From Antedon mediterranea (Eukaryota > Animalia > Echinodermata): a stretch of DNA of 64,000 nucleotides. How positions within the stretch are numbered: the first letter of the stretch is position 1; each line of letters begins with the position of its first letter. The DNA lies in assembly GCF_964355755.1 (NCBI RefSeq), contig NC_092679.1:13871432-13935431 (forward strand), read 5' to 3'. A program made the position numbers and the translations under genes. The notes beneath the pieces were generated by a model, which was not told where the DNA came from, made no database searches, and saw only the letters and a program-made list of their open reading frames with translations. Shown piece after piece: positions 37,901 to 50,927 of this stretch.

Positions 37901-39805
37901 TAATACAATAAGGCAGTACAGAAAGACATCAAGAAACATTTTAACTTTATATTTCATTTATTTATATGTCAGAAAATAGTTGCAGTTTGAGAAGAATTAT
38001 AATTGGGAATACAAGCATAACGGGAGCAGAGGCGTGGGAGTTGTTTAGTTGCAGAATCGTTTTAACTTTTATCTTTCGAATTTGTTTTTGTGTCAGCGTA
38101 GGAGAAAAGGCAAGAAGGAACGATATTTGTGGACATTCATTGTTGTTTAATTATTCATCTTGTGATATTATTGTATTTGGAAGGGGGGTTCTGGGATTTA
38201 TTTGACAATAAGAAGATTGTTGATATTTTGTCTGGAAGGATTGGGAATTTGGGAAAGTGTATAAATTGTGTGGGGAATAGGGATACTGTATCATTGTTTG
38301 AGAATTGGTGGGTTTTTTTGGGGGAAGGGGGGGGGGGTTTGGATTATAGAAGGAAGAATTGTTTGTCAAAGATTATTATTAAATTTACTTTTTACATTTA
38401 TATGTGTACAGTTGTGGCTATTACCGTTGTTTACCGGTGGTTACCAGATATTACATGTCCGAAAGAGCCGTAATTGCGGCTGTTTGACAGTAAGACAAAC
38501 TTGAGGACACGTCATCTTTCAAGTTTGCAATGAGTGCCAACAGAGCCTTGTTGTACAGCTCAAAGGATTCCCAAAACCAAAATGTTTGCTTGTATTGTCC
38601 CCAAAAGAACCTTCCTCCAATAATCCACCCTTTACTCTGATTTTTCTTATGTTGATCACAACGTACATTTTTATAGTATAGCATAAGAAATATGGCCAAT
38701 GGAAAACCAATGATGTATATTAAAGCAACGTAAACAAGTGTTTTGTTAGTTTGATACGATAAAAATATGGTATAAAAATATCTAAAGCTGATCTGTATTG
38801 TACTGTACTATAAAAACAATCAGGTCCAGTGCGGTAGACAAATCATCAAACTGATGTGATTCCTAGGCCAAAGGAGTGCCCTTTCTAGATAAAGTGCAGC
38901 GGGAAATTCAAATTGTCAATGGTACACGTATGTCATTCAACACTCGAAAGGTGACCTAGCGGAGCTCGTTATTGAATGTCCGCACAGTACGACAGTCCGT
39001 TCGGATACAACCGTAGCACAATCGTTATAATAGACCAATGAAAGTAAGCATATAAACGAAAACAAGATTATCAAATGCCTGAATAATAAAATACAATGAT
39101 GACTGTAGCAAAATCAATGGCGTCAAACAGATGGCATTGAGCTTGAGCATGTAGCCTACATGAAAATGTGATCATTTTGTTATAGGGCCTAACTAACTGG
39201 GAAGTATTAACCTCTGTGTATCCCTACAGCATCTATAGAGATTGTTCATCCAAAAGGACGAAAATTTATAAATAAATAACCTACTGTAGGCCTAATATAT
39301 AATAATAATATTCATTAGTAGTTTAATGACAAAATCAGTAGCATTAGCATAACAATTGCTTTAGAGTGAACATTACCTATTATTATTGAAACCAGATGGA
39401 ATTGTGTTCACAGTTATAAACAGTTACACCAAGGAAAATCCATCGGTTTCGTTTTTGTTTTAAACAAGTTTGCAATTATGTGTCTTGAAAGTATTATTTT
39501 GATCACATGATGTCCATACATGTTTCTTTTCATTCGGACCATCAAAGCTTTGAATTGTCGCTGTCATCCACTGTCATAATGCGAAGTTAGACTATGCTTT
39601 AATTAGGAATTAGAATACACTCTATATAATGAATACATTTAGTTTATTCTGTGACAGTACTCAGTTCACTAAAACGAAACTTGGCTCTGGGTTTTCACCA
39701 CGTTCTCGGAATACATACATCATAAGAGTAACTTTCTATCAATTAAATTTAAATCATTAAAACAGTTTCTGATACTTTGAATTCCTATACCACTGTTTTG
39801 TTTGT

Positions 39806-40635
39806 CTATTGCCTAGATCCTTTGTAATTTCGACGTAAACTGCTGCTCTGATTTTGAGGTCGTGTCATGTCTGGTGGTCTTGGTGCTGTTTTTGAGGGTT
39901 TTGCTATTTTTCCTGTGGCATTTATTGATGGTAATGTCAAACTAGTATGTTCGTCGTCACTGGGAAGACGACTTGCACTCAGCCGTGGTGGGCTCAGTTG
40001 TGGTCTATTTGTTAGTCGTCCATTTGGTGGTTGCTTCCTCGCAGCTTGCTTATCTGTTGCCGTATGTGGACCAATGTTATTCGAGGAAAGTCTTGCAATT
40101 TTAGCATTATCAAGCGATGGTCTGCTTCCTGGAAATACGGTAGCAGTACGTCCGACGCTTCCATCTGAAAGTTTGTTTCTTGTATCAGAAGTGTAGCGGT
40201 TTCCCATCTTTTGACAGCTTGCAGTCGAGTTGTCTCTATGTAGTCTTTTAATCAGAGGACTAGATTTACCAGAAAGTTCAACCATATCCAGAAGACTTCT
40301 CTCGTGCTGCTTCTTTCTTTGAGGCTTTCTTGTATACTTGATTGAGTCTGCAAAGTAAAATTATAAGTTACACTTTTAATTAGGTCTTGTTTCATTTCAA
40401 CCCATTTAAGCTAATGCATAGTAGACTGGTTTGACTCCATCTCAAAGTAAAAATATTTTGTTACACTTTTAGTTAGGTCTTGTTTCATTTGAACACTCTC
40501 TCATTTCAATCTAAACTAAAGCACGGTGGACTTGTTTGACTCCATATCCTACATATTAGTGGTATCCTACATGGTTCTGAATTAGGAGACATGTGCTTTA
40601 CCTTCATTGTTAGAGAATCCTATTTTAGATGACAT
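39806..40635 (-). CDS. Two-coding-exon gene for a ~191-aa basic, S/R/P-rich uncharacterised protein (40602-40635 + 39806-40347)
   Basis: ATG at 40635 (MSSKIGFSNNE), phase-1 GT-AG intron 40348-40601, then an open frame through ORF 39806-40285 to TAG. Confidence 0.65.
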
Positions 40636-40746
40636 CAAGTCACACCCAGAAGTGACATCTGAAGGATGCACATCAAAGATCTGAAAATCTGTGTTTGATC
40701 TATATCTACGATCGTCAGATAATCTATATCAGAAGACATGGATTTA

Positions 40747-42131
40747 TCTATATTATAAGTGAGAGAGTTTGTCTGTTTGTCTGTCTGTTTGTTTGTTTGT
40801 CTGTTTGTTCGTTATACAAATTTTTGTTACTGCACGTAATCTTACATATGGGGTATCAAAATGACCGAAACTGTACCGGGAATGTTCTAAGCTATATTTC
40901 AACATCATCCGCAACCTAGGATCCATGTTAGGGACCAAAATGTGGTCAAAACCCCCACTTTCAATGTTTGTTCGTTATACAAATTTCTGTTTCTGCACGT
41001 AACCATACGTATGGGGTATCAAAATGATGGCAATTGTACCCGGAAGGTTTTAAACTACATTTAAAAAAATTCCCCCGAATCCTGGGGTTTTTGTGGGAGG
41101 GGTGGGGGCGGGGGGTGGTGTGGTTGTTTGTGATGTCATTTTTTGCTAGGGCTCGGGGTTGTAGGCTATCGAATTGTAAAATTATACTACAAAAGTTTTA
41201 CAGTATTTGAATTATCCTCAGCAAGGTGTTTGGGGAAATATAGATATAGATATACATATTTTATTCATTAACCAATATGACACCTATTCAATTAAACATT
41301 TAGCAAAGTACTTTAACCATATCCAGCTATGTATCGGCCTCCTGGATTGTCTCATTACAGACATCCATTCCTGTATGAACGTACACACGTTCTTTACTGT
41401 TACTGTGTTCAACTACATCACCATGCCTCCAAGAAAAAAACGCCCATTGTGAGGGAGGGGTGTTGGGAGATAGAGTACAGGAGACAGTGGGATTTTGCTT
41501 AGGCTAGGAGATAGTGTGGATTTTGCTTAGGTCAGAATTGTGGTTGGAAATTGTTAAAGTATTTAATTATCCCTGGGAAGCGGCTGGGAGTTTGGGGTGG
41601 GGGTGTTAGGCTATCACCATGACTGAAACTGTATTTGGAATGTTTTAAATTTGAAAACTGCCACTGAGGGATTATGGGTTGGGAGTGATAATAACATAAT
41701 TTGTACTGGAACCGTCTTCAACACATCACCCAGTGTATCTGGGGTGTGTTTGTAGGGGGAGGAGGAGCGAAAATACCAGCGTAATGAAGTAGCCTATATG
41801 ATTGGAATTGTACTAGGAACAGTTACTATATTTCAACTGTCCAGGAAGGGAGTTAAGGTTTGTTGATTGTGGCTGGGGTGGTGAAAGGAGAAAGAATGCT
41901 GGGGGACCGCAGTATCTAAATTAGATATTTTAGTTATCAGCCAATATGACACCTATTCATTTACACAATTTACAACGTACTTCAACCATTATTAGACCCA
42001 TCATAGCTATGTATACTCCTTTCAATTTGAAGCTTAGGTTGAATTGAATTTGTCCATCACTCGAAAGAATTTGTACTGAGAAGGCTTTAAACTCATTTTG
42101 AAACCCGCCCTGGGGCGGGTATAATTGCTAG
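40747..42131 (+). mobile_element. Non-autonomous Helitron
   Basis: A|TCTATA 5' end, (TGTY)n, 3' hairpin ACCCGCCC-TG-GGGCGGGT, then CTAG|T. Confidence 0.85.
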
Positions 42132-42338
42132 TAAACTATAATATTGGTCTAAATGATTTCGGTACAAATAACTAAATACGGTTGGGTATGTAGGCCTATA
42201 TTGAATTGGCGTGTAGTGTACCTAGGCTAAAAAAGCATTGATACAAAACATCGTTCAAAAAATGTTTCAAAACACAAATTTTTTATCTATTTATTTAATT
42301 ATACATGCTATTGAAATTTCATTTATACTATAACTTAC

Positions 42339-42510
42339 CGTTTGTTTTTTCGTGAATCCATTAGTAAATTAGTGAAATATTTTCGGAGAAATTGTAAGAC
42401 AGTGTAAGTTTGTTTGCTTTTAGACGTTTTTATGCAGTAGTAGTTACTATACTAATGCCAAACGTATACAATGGCAACAATCACGCGCTGTGCGCGTTAC
42501 CATGGCTGGA
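42339..42510 (-). promoter_or_regulatory. Candidate non-coding first exon and promoter with RFX X-box-like motifs
   Basis: GTAAGT donor at 42338. GTTACCATGG (~42495) and CAATGGCAAC (~42469) lie in a small CpG-richer patch. Confidence 0.4.
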
Positions 42511-42599
42511 AGTGGGAGCATGCGCATTAATGCACTGTAATCTGCAGCTGTGATATGATGTGTGGCAAACAAGTATAACATGAACTTACATTGTTATAA

Positions 42600-43385
42600 A
42601 TAAACAAGACCATATACATGGCTGCAGTCGCGTGTGCAAAATTGAGTCAGTGTTTACCGACCGACCGACCTACCAACCGATCGACATAGTTAGCTATAGA
42701 GTAGCGTTTGCACGCGATTAAATTAAATAAGTAATTAAATTAAAAACATTTATATTTGCCTCCAAGTATTAATATCCACTGTCAAAATAACGAAAAAAAC
42801 ATGAATATGAGTTAGTGTTTACCGACCGACCAACCGAAATTGTGAAAATGTTAAAAAATGTTGAACAAATTTTAAAAACATTTATATTTGCCTCCAAGTA
42901 TTAATATCCACTGTCAAAATAACGAAAAAATATGAATATGAGTTTGTGTTTACACCGATCGACTGACCGACATAGTGAGCTACTAAAAAAAACGAAAGAA
43001 ATATGAATATGAGTTAGTATTTACCGAACGACTAACAGACCGAAAAAAAACACCATTTTTTAAACATTTATATTTGCCTCCAAGTATTACTATCCAGTGT
43101 CAAATTAAAGAAAAAATATGAATATGAGTTTAGTGTTTAGCTGAAAATGCTGAAAAATTGTTTTAAACACTTATGTTGGCCTCCAAATATTAATATCCAG
43201 TGTCAAATTTAAAAAAAAATATGATTATGTGTTTAGTGTTTACCGACCGACCGACCAACCTACCGAATTTTCTAAAGATGTAAAAAAATGTTGAAAAATG
43301 TTAAAAAACATTCATTATAATATTTGACTCCAAGTATTAATATCCACTGTCAAAATAAGGGGGAAAAATATGAATATGAGTTTCA
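42600..43385 (+). repeat. Tandem ~120-bp units of the DINE/HINE-like family
   Basis: Repeated TTTGCCTCCAAGTATTAATATCCACTGTCAAA and GTGTTTACCGACCGAC. Confidence 0.8.
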
Positions 43386-44899
43386 ATTAAATAAATAACC
43401 GATTAGCAAACGATACAGTACGGTAGTATGTTGCTATGAGTATAATTATCATACCGACTAACTGCTATTTATTTGATATAATACAGATTCCATCGATCAA
43501 TATCTAATGTAAATGTAAATGCTTGCTTTTTTACATGATCATACAATGGAGTGTGTGCATTTTGTTACATTAAATAAATTTAAAAATGTATAATTAGTAA
43601 AACAAAATAGCATTAAATTTAGAGAGGATAAATTAGTTTGAAAGTAGAAAATACAGGTTTCATTTCTAGATACAAAATCTACTTTTAATAGGATAGGGGT
43701 TATGCCTAGTTTCGATGTAAATGTTGTATGACTTATGAATTCTATCAGAATGAGATAGAATGAAAATCAATACAGAATAAATACTTACCGTTTGTTTTTT
43801 CGTGATTCCATTGTATATTTTGTTAGAATTAAATCCGAGAAACTATAGTATAATTGCCTATGATTATAATGCAGTTTGTATAGTATGTTGTTGCTAACGC
43901 TATTTACGTATACAAACGCGCGCTACGTGCATTGCTAAAGAGATATTTGATCATTCTCATTAATACATTGTGTTCTCAAATATACCTACCGTTTTCACTT
44001 ATTTTCCTAATATTCATTCGAATAAACTCCCATGGGCGTGTATTGCTAAGGATGGTTTTTAGAGGGTAGGGCTATTCGAGGGGAAGGCGTTTATTTTTTG
44101 GGTGTAATTATGTACAATCAAATAAATACCCCCTAAATATAAATAAGTAAAACACAATTAATATCGGGAAGTTATAAAATACAGTAAAAACTGGGGTTAT
44201 TCGAAGGGAGGGGAGGTAGGCGTTTATTCAAAATGATGTTCTATGGGGGTGAAATCTCAAAATACTCAATAACTTTTTTTTTTCACAAATTTCTTGATTT
44301 TAAACAAAAGCGCAAACAAAATACACAAGTATTTAAGGCCGTCTGAACATTAATTTTAGAATCGAAATTCGTAAATTGGTTGTCGCATGGCAATATTTCA
44401 AAATGTATAAATTCTTTTATAATTCAAAACAGGCTATATTAATGTGTAAAATCTATTTAAATCAGGGATGAAATTTCACTCTTCCCTGATTTAAATATAT
44501 TAACCTATCGATCTATAATTCATACAATGTTGAGTTGAATGCTTACCTCCCTGCTGTTGTCATCATATTAATTGCTATGAATTCATCTAATCAAAACATT
44601 ATTAAATGAAAGGCTGTTTGATTGACTGGTGCAGCTAGGTAAACTGTATGTTCCTAGATTTATATATATACGAAATCTTCATGTCACACAAGAATAAAAT
44701 AAGCCCACCCTCCTTTATTTTTCAAGATTGGAATACGTTTTAATAATTTAATCGATTCTCGTTTAATGTAAAATAACTGCTGACGATACGCATATTAAAA
44801 AATTCAAAAGCTTTTATTAATCTCTCTCCATATGTTTATAAGTTCAGTAAGTTTTACAAGATCGTAATTATAACCTAAGGTGTATGTGTCATGGTATAG

Positions 44900-45206
44900 G
44901 TGTGGTTGTTCAGAGGGTGTTGCTGTCCTAGGGGCATGGCAGTTGGACTAGAGGGTAGTTGTCCTAGGTGTAGTTTTTCTAGGGGGTAGTTGTCCGGGTG
45001 GGAGTTGTCCTAAGGGGGTAGTTTTCCTAGAGGGTAATTGTCCTAGGGGGTAATTGTTCAGGTGGGAGTTGTCCTAAGCGGGTAGTTTTCCTAGATGGTA
45101 ATTGTCCAAGAGGGTAATTGTCCGGGTGGTAGTTGTCCTAGGAGAGTCATTGTCCGGGTGGAGGTTGTCCAGGTGGTAATTGTCCAGGGGTAGTTGTCCG
45201 GATACG
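44900..45206 (+). repeat. G-rich 16-18-bp tandem array (GGGTAGTTGTCCTAG)n, probably a transposon subterminal array
   Basis: About 16 units, ending in TCCGGATACG. Confidence 0.85.
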
Positions 45207-45209
45207 GAA

Positions 45210-46310
45210 AAATTTAAATGACCGTGAATTGATTGGAGCCTCTTTTCTCGATATATCTAAATGCTTCGACTCCATTGATCACACATATCTACTTACTAAA
45301 TTGGATAATTATGGGCTAAAATGTAATTAAATTAAATGGTTCAAAAGTTATCTTTCCCAGCGTAAACAAATAGTTAAATATTCATAATAAATTATCTAAA
45401 AAAACAAAAGTCAAAGTTGGCATACCACAAGGTAGTGTCTTAGGACCAATTTTATTTCTACTATTTATAAATTACCTTCCTCAATATGTATACCCAGCCA
45501 GTTTAGTAAAACTAAACTTATGTTAATTGGAAATCATAATGTCCTCAGTCCTCTCTGAATTCATGTTGGTAGTGAAACCCTCGATGTCGTGAAGAATATC
45601 CGGTATCTTGGACTTCAAATTGATGAGAATCTATTGGAATGATTCGGCAATTAATTAAAACTATTGGATACAAAATTATTATCCTAAATAAATTGTCTGA
45701 AACGCTAAGTGAATCTCTTTTAAATATGCTATATCAGCGAAATTCAGCCCTGTATGGACTATGCTATCTCTGTGTGGGGAACTACGTCTCAAAAAAATTA
45801 AAATATTCTTTTAAGGTTACAAAAACTCGAGTTGTAAAAAGTATTTTTTACTTCAAAAACTATCGTGGGATTGATATTATTAAACAAAATAAATGGAAAT
45901 TGCTAGATGAACGTAGAGACTACGCTATTGCTTGTATTATGTACAAATGTATACATGGTATTGCACCTCCCCTTATGTGAAATGGTTTACGACCAACATG
46001 GATACTCTACGAGAATATTCCCAATCTCTGAATGTAAAAATGCAAGATAGTTTGTCTGTAAATAGTTTTAAAATTAATTATAAAAGCATTTCTTAAAAAA
46101 ATAATTGTATTTCCACTATTATTTTTAAAGTTCTATATTCACTGATTGTTTTATTTATTTATTTATTTATTTTTTTTATTTCTTGTGTTTTTTTGTTTTA
46201 TTTTAAGTTGTTTCATTGCAGGACCATATTGAAAAACAGAATTTTTTTCTTTTCTGAATTATGTTACCTACCCTGCCTAAATATATTTTAATAAACAAAA
46301 TAAAATAAAA
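45210..46310 (+). mobile_element. Degenerate Crack/Daphne-like LINE 3' fragment
   Basis: FLDISKCFDSIDH, GIPQGSVLGPILF, YLGLQIDE; (TAAAA)n tail at ~46290-46310. Confidence 0.8.
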
Positions 46311-46382
46311 TTTTGCAAAGCAGGCTCGTTGAGCTTGTGCACTCTTTGTGTTCATAATCAGTGTACCATGTTCTGCATACCT

Positions 46383-49300
46383 CAATTCAATTCAATTCAA
46401 ATTAACATTTATTTCTTCCACAGTAAAATAACAACAAATATCCAATATAAATTGTAAAATGAAGTAAGCGGGCAAAACTAAAAAAGTAACGCCAGATGAA
46501 AAACAGAAATTATATTAATCAAAAGACCTTGTGACGAGCAAGCCCTTAATAAATAATATAAATAAAAATTACCAATTAATTAACGTACACAAACACACAG
46601 ACAGGACAGGGCAAAAAAGGAGAAAAAGGGAACAAACGATCATGACGATGACGATGATATAAAAGCTGATGATAATATAAAAAAACATTTTATTAATCAT
46701 ATTTTGACAAAAGAAATTTGTTTGGCTTTATGAGAGAAAATTTTCCTGGAGGGGGTTGCAATGATTTCAGGAGAAATGTCATTATATAATTTAACACCGC
46801 TATAAGCTATATAACGGACGTTGTGTTGGAGCAACGTAAGTTTGGGCTGAGGAAGATGAAGTTTGTTGCAAGTTCTAGTAGAATAGGAGTGAGTGAGTTT
46901 TTGAGAAAGAAGCATAAATTGGATGGAAGAAGAGAATGCAAAGCTTCGTAAACAAAGATTGTGTAATTTATTAATGTCATGAACAGTCAGTAAATTTAAA
47001 TTTTATAAAAGAGGGGACCAGAATGATCAAGGGGTGGCGAATCACATATAATGCGTACCGCCTACTTTTGGAGCTTATGAATTTGATAGAGATTTGATTT
47101 AAAATTATTGGCCAAGACAATATTACAATAGGTAATAAAAGGAAGGATAAGAGAAGAATAAATAGAATGTAAGATTGAATTAGGAAGGAAAAATGGAAGG
47201 CGATAAATATTAACGATACTTTTGGATATTTTTAATTCAACTTCTTTTATATGTTTTTTAAAATTGAGTTTGTGATCGATTTCAATGCATAGGAATTTGG
47301 TGTGCTGGACAAGAGGGATTATATAGTCTCCAATTGAAATATTTCCTATTTCATTAGTTCTTGTTTTGTGACGATTTCCAAACAGCATGAAGTTGCATTT
47401 CTTAGTATTGATCGACAGTTTATTGACATTAAAGTATTCGGTAACATTATTAAGTTCGCGATTAATAGAAAGAAAGAGAGAATCAAGATTTGAATTAGAA
47501 TAAAATATGGTGGTGTCGTCAGCGTAAAGGTAGAACGTTAAATTTTTAGATGAGTTTGGTAAATCATTTACATAAAGAAGAAATAAAAGAGGACCGAGGA
47601 GGGAACCCTGGGGGACACCGCAAGTAAGATGTTTAAAATTTGAAAGTGAGCAATTAATCTTTGTACATTGATGTTGGTTGCTAAGGTAGTCTTTAAATAG
47701 GTTAAAAGAAGATCGACGGATACCGTAATAAATAATTTGGAAATAAGAATACTGTGATTGATAGTATGAAATGCATCAGAAAGGTCAATGAAAATTCCAG
47801 TAAAAAAAACTTTGCTTTCGATTGAATCAGAGATATTATTTATTAGGTCGATTAAGACGAAGGATGTAGAATATTGTTTTCTAAAACCAAATTGCTTATT
47901 GTAAAGGATATTATTTTTTTGAAATTATATGTACGATCATAATAATTTTTTCAAGGATTGTTGAAAATAAAGGTAGAATTGATATTGGACGATAGTTATT
48001 ACGGGTCACTTTTGTCACCTTTCTTGAAAATAGGAGTTACTTTAGCAATCTTCATGGCGTTCGGGAATACGCCACAAGAGAGACAAAGATTAAAAATGTG
48101 CGAAAGAGGGAAAAGAATTAGGTATATAGATTGCTTCACGACTTTGTTATTGATGTCATCAATGTCGGGGGCATTATTATTCTTAAAGGAGTTAACAATT
48201 TTTAGAATTTCTACTTCAACTACTGGAAAAAGAAATAACGAATTAATTAACGGGGTATCGAGATATTCATGGAACGTTTTAGAACCATAATTAGTGATTT
48301 TATGAGCTAATTTAGGTCCGATACTTGTGAAGTGGTCATTAAAAAGATTTGCAGTTTTTGAGGGATCTTTAGTTAACTTACCCTCAAAGTTTATTTCAAT
48401 ATTATCGAAGTTATTATTATTATTATTTGCGTTTTTTATTATTATTGTTAGTATTAGTTTTAGCTTTACTTGAGATGTTAAAAACAGGGAGATGATCAGT
48501 AACATTACCAATATGTGAAGATTCAATTTCATTTGTAATGATATTGTCTAAAAGCGTAGCAGTGTCAGGAGTAATCCGTGTAGATCTATGAATAAGACTG
48601 ATATAGGAATTATTAAAAAGGCAATTAACAAAATATTTTGTATTATCATCACTCAAATGTTAGTACATCAACATTAAAATCTCCTAAAATATAGATACGC
48701 TTGTTTTCTTTGGAAAGTCTTTTAAGTAAGTAATAAATCAAGTTGCTTGTTTAATATGGAATATTAATTATATGAGGCCTATATATGGTACCAACAATTA
48801 TATTCTTATCATTAGTTTTTATTTCGATAAAATGGTATTCAAAAAAGTATGGACTGGATGACAAATCGGTTTTAATTGAAAGACCGTCTCTGACATACAT
48901 AAGAATGCCACCACACTTGTACGTACGTGGTTTAAAAGTAATAGAATAATTAGGAATATTAGAGGGGTTTTCATGTTTCATCCATGTTTCAGATACAGAA
49001 ATTACATCAAAATTAAAATTTATAGAATATAAACAGGATGTGAGGTTGTCGAAATATTTTTGGATGCTTCTAGCATTAAATGAATACAAGAAAATTTTCT
49101 CTCATAATCCGAATTATAAGTTTGAAAAAATTCATGTGGTAAATAATACTTAGACAAATTAACATCAGTAAAGTAGTGTTCATCTGGATCAATATCATTA
49201 AAATGTTTACTAGAAGTTGAATAGGGATTAAACAAAATATTAGATAATCGATCGGGATTGTTAGCCATTATCGGCATTTAAATGGGGATAGTAGTATAGC

Positions 49301-50530
49301 AGCATAGTTGAACACGGTTGGAATATAACATTTGAACGTTAGATAACTATAATAATAATAACAACAACAACAGCAGGTGAGTTAGTAAATGAATATAATA
49401 AAGAAAACATCATAAAGAACGGAATCGTGATATTATAATTAAAAAAACTTCGGTTAGCATTGTTAACTACAATATATATTTTAAGGCCTATAGTGGTCAT
49501 GAATGTTCAAGCGTTTAAGCCTTTTAGACACCTGGATAGATCCGACTGATTGCAGACAACCAATTTTTTCGATGCGTTGTTGAGTATGCACATTTTCCCA
49601 TCTTGAGTCCAGGTGGATTTGATTGATTTGGCATACTTCATCTTAACGTCTCGTAGTAGCTTTGAACGTTTTAAAGTCAGGTTTTCGTGCACAAAATATT
49701 GGGTGCCTTTGAAACGTTTCTTAGCTTTAGAAAATCTCGCTTCTCCTCTTGTAATTGGTAAACTTGATTATGATACTCCTCGGTTTTTTGTTGGTATCGG
49801 GGTCTCTTTTCGGTCCCAACCTATGAGATCGATTAATATCTGTCTCATCAATAGAAACGTTCAGTTTTTCTTTGAAGACCTTTATTACTTCAATGTCGGT
49901 ACTTTCATTTAGCGTTTCAGGGACACCATGTGAAATTTCGTCTGGAATACTGCTCTGCATTATCGATATCATTTTCTAGCCCTGTAATTCGTTCTTCTAG
50001 GTGCCTATCTTAGAGTTAGTTTCGTTAATGTCAAAATGTAAAAAGGGTCCGATAAGGAGAGTAAGCTTACCGATAATTTCGTCATGAACGACATTAGAAA
50101 CAGCTTCATCGATTTTTGTCATAAAAGGTGAGTCAGATGCAAGGCATTTCTGCAATTCTGAGTCAATCATTTCTTTCAAATCTAAATCATTAATGCATTC
50201 CTTTTGTTTTTCAGGCTGGCTGCTGTCTCCAACAGAATCTGCCGATTGCTCGTCGGTATCTGCCTTTTTCTTTTTGCTACCTGCCATCGAGTTAGAATTA
50301 AATGGAGATAACACAGCAAAGCAAGTTGAAAACGACCACAGTCAAGGTATGCACAAGCAAAGTATGCAGTAGTCCGTTGTTTGGTATAGTGTGGGACAGG
50401 TGATGCTTAGTAGTTGATCAATACAAGTAAGAGATAGCTGTATGCCTAGTAGTTGGGCAAGCTTGAATAGGAATTGGCTAACAATGGTAACCCGGAGCGC
50501 GTCGCTCAAACACATCCGTTCACCATGAGA
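46383..50530 (-). mobile_element. Near-full-length degenerate Crack/CR1-group LINE (ORF1 + APE-RT ORF2)
   Basis: ORF1 RSHRLG..KPRSIIIKF..ENLT (49507-50287); endonuclease FNARSI, VSETW, IYRP, TRIT..ATLLDNI; RT GVPQGSLLGP, YADDT; (TTGAA)n 3' tail at 46383-46400. Confidence 0.92.
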
Positions 50531-50604
50531 GCTTGTGTGAATGTATATGGCTCAGGCTATATTATTGTGCCAGTTCTGCGGTACATTTCATTTCGAAACC
50601 TAAG

Positions 50605-50649
50605 CTCCACTGACGAGATCTAATAAGATCGAAACAGTCTTGTCTGCAG
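50605..50649 (+). ncRNA. Minimal type I hammerhead ribozyme motif, copy 1
   Basis: CTCCA-CTGACGA-GATCT(AATA)AGATC-GAAA-CA(GTCT)TG-TC-TGCAG. The core is intact, with GUC cleavage after 50644 and one stem I mismatch. Confidence 0.8.
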
Positions 50650-50882
50650 ATTGGATATTACACTCCTCTACTTTCTGCTATTATACATATGTATGTTGTT
50701 TTATAGAGCACTCTTCAGTTTGAAACGGTGCATTTTGTTGTGAATACTATTTGCATTTTGCAAAGCACGCTCGTTGAGCTTGTGCACTCTTTGTGTTCAT
50801 AATCCGAGTACCATGTCCCACATACCTGGCTCAGCCTTTATATTGTTCCAGTTCTGCGGTACATTTCATTTTGAAACCTGAG

Positions 50883-50927
50883 CTGCACTGACTAGATCTA
50901 ATAAGATCGAAACAATACTGTCTGCAG
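50883..50927 (+). ncRNA. Minimal type I hammerhead ribozyme motif, copy 2 (core G8>U)
   Basis: CTGCA-CTGACTA-GATCT(AATA)AGATC-GAAA-CA(ATAC)TG-TC-TGCAG. Stem I is perfect; the core is mutated. Confidence 0.7.

Noticed and set aside
37305-38504. Cluster of short ORFs in purine-rich DNA
   Set aside because: Low-complexity, probably decayed retroelement sequence with no recognisable motifs.
39867-40196. 109-aa hydrophobic + strand ORF
   Set aside because: Antisense shadow of the minus-strand exon, which has proper splice signals.
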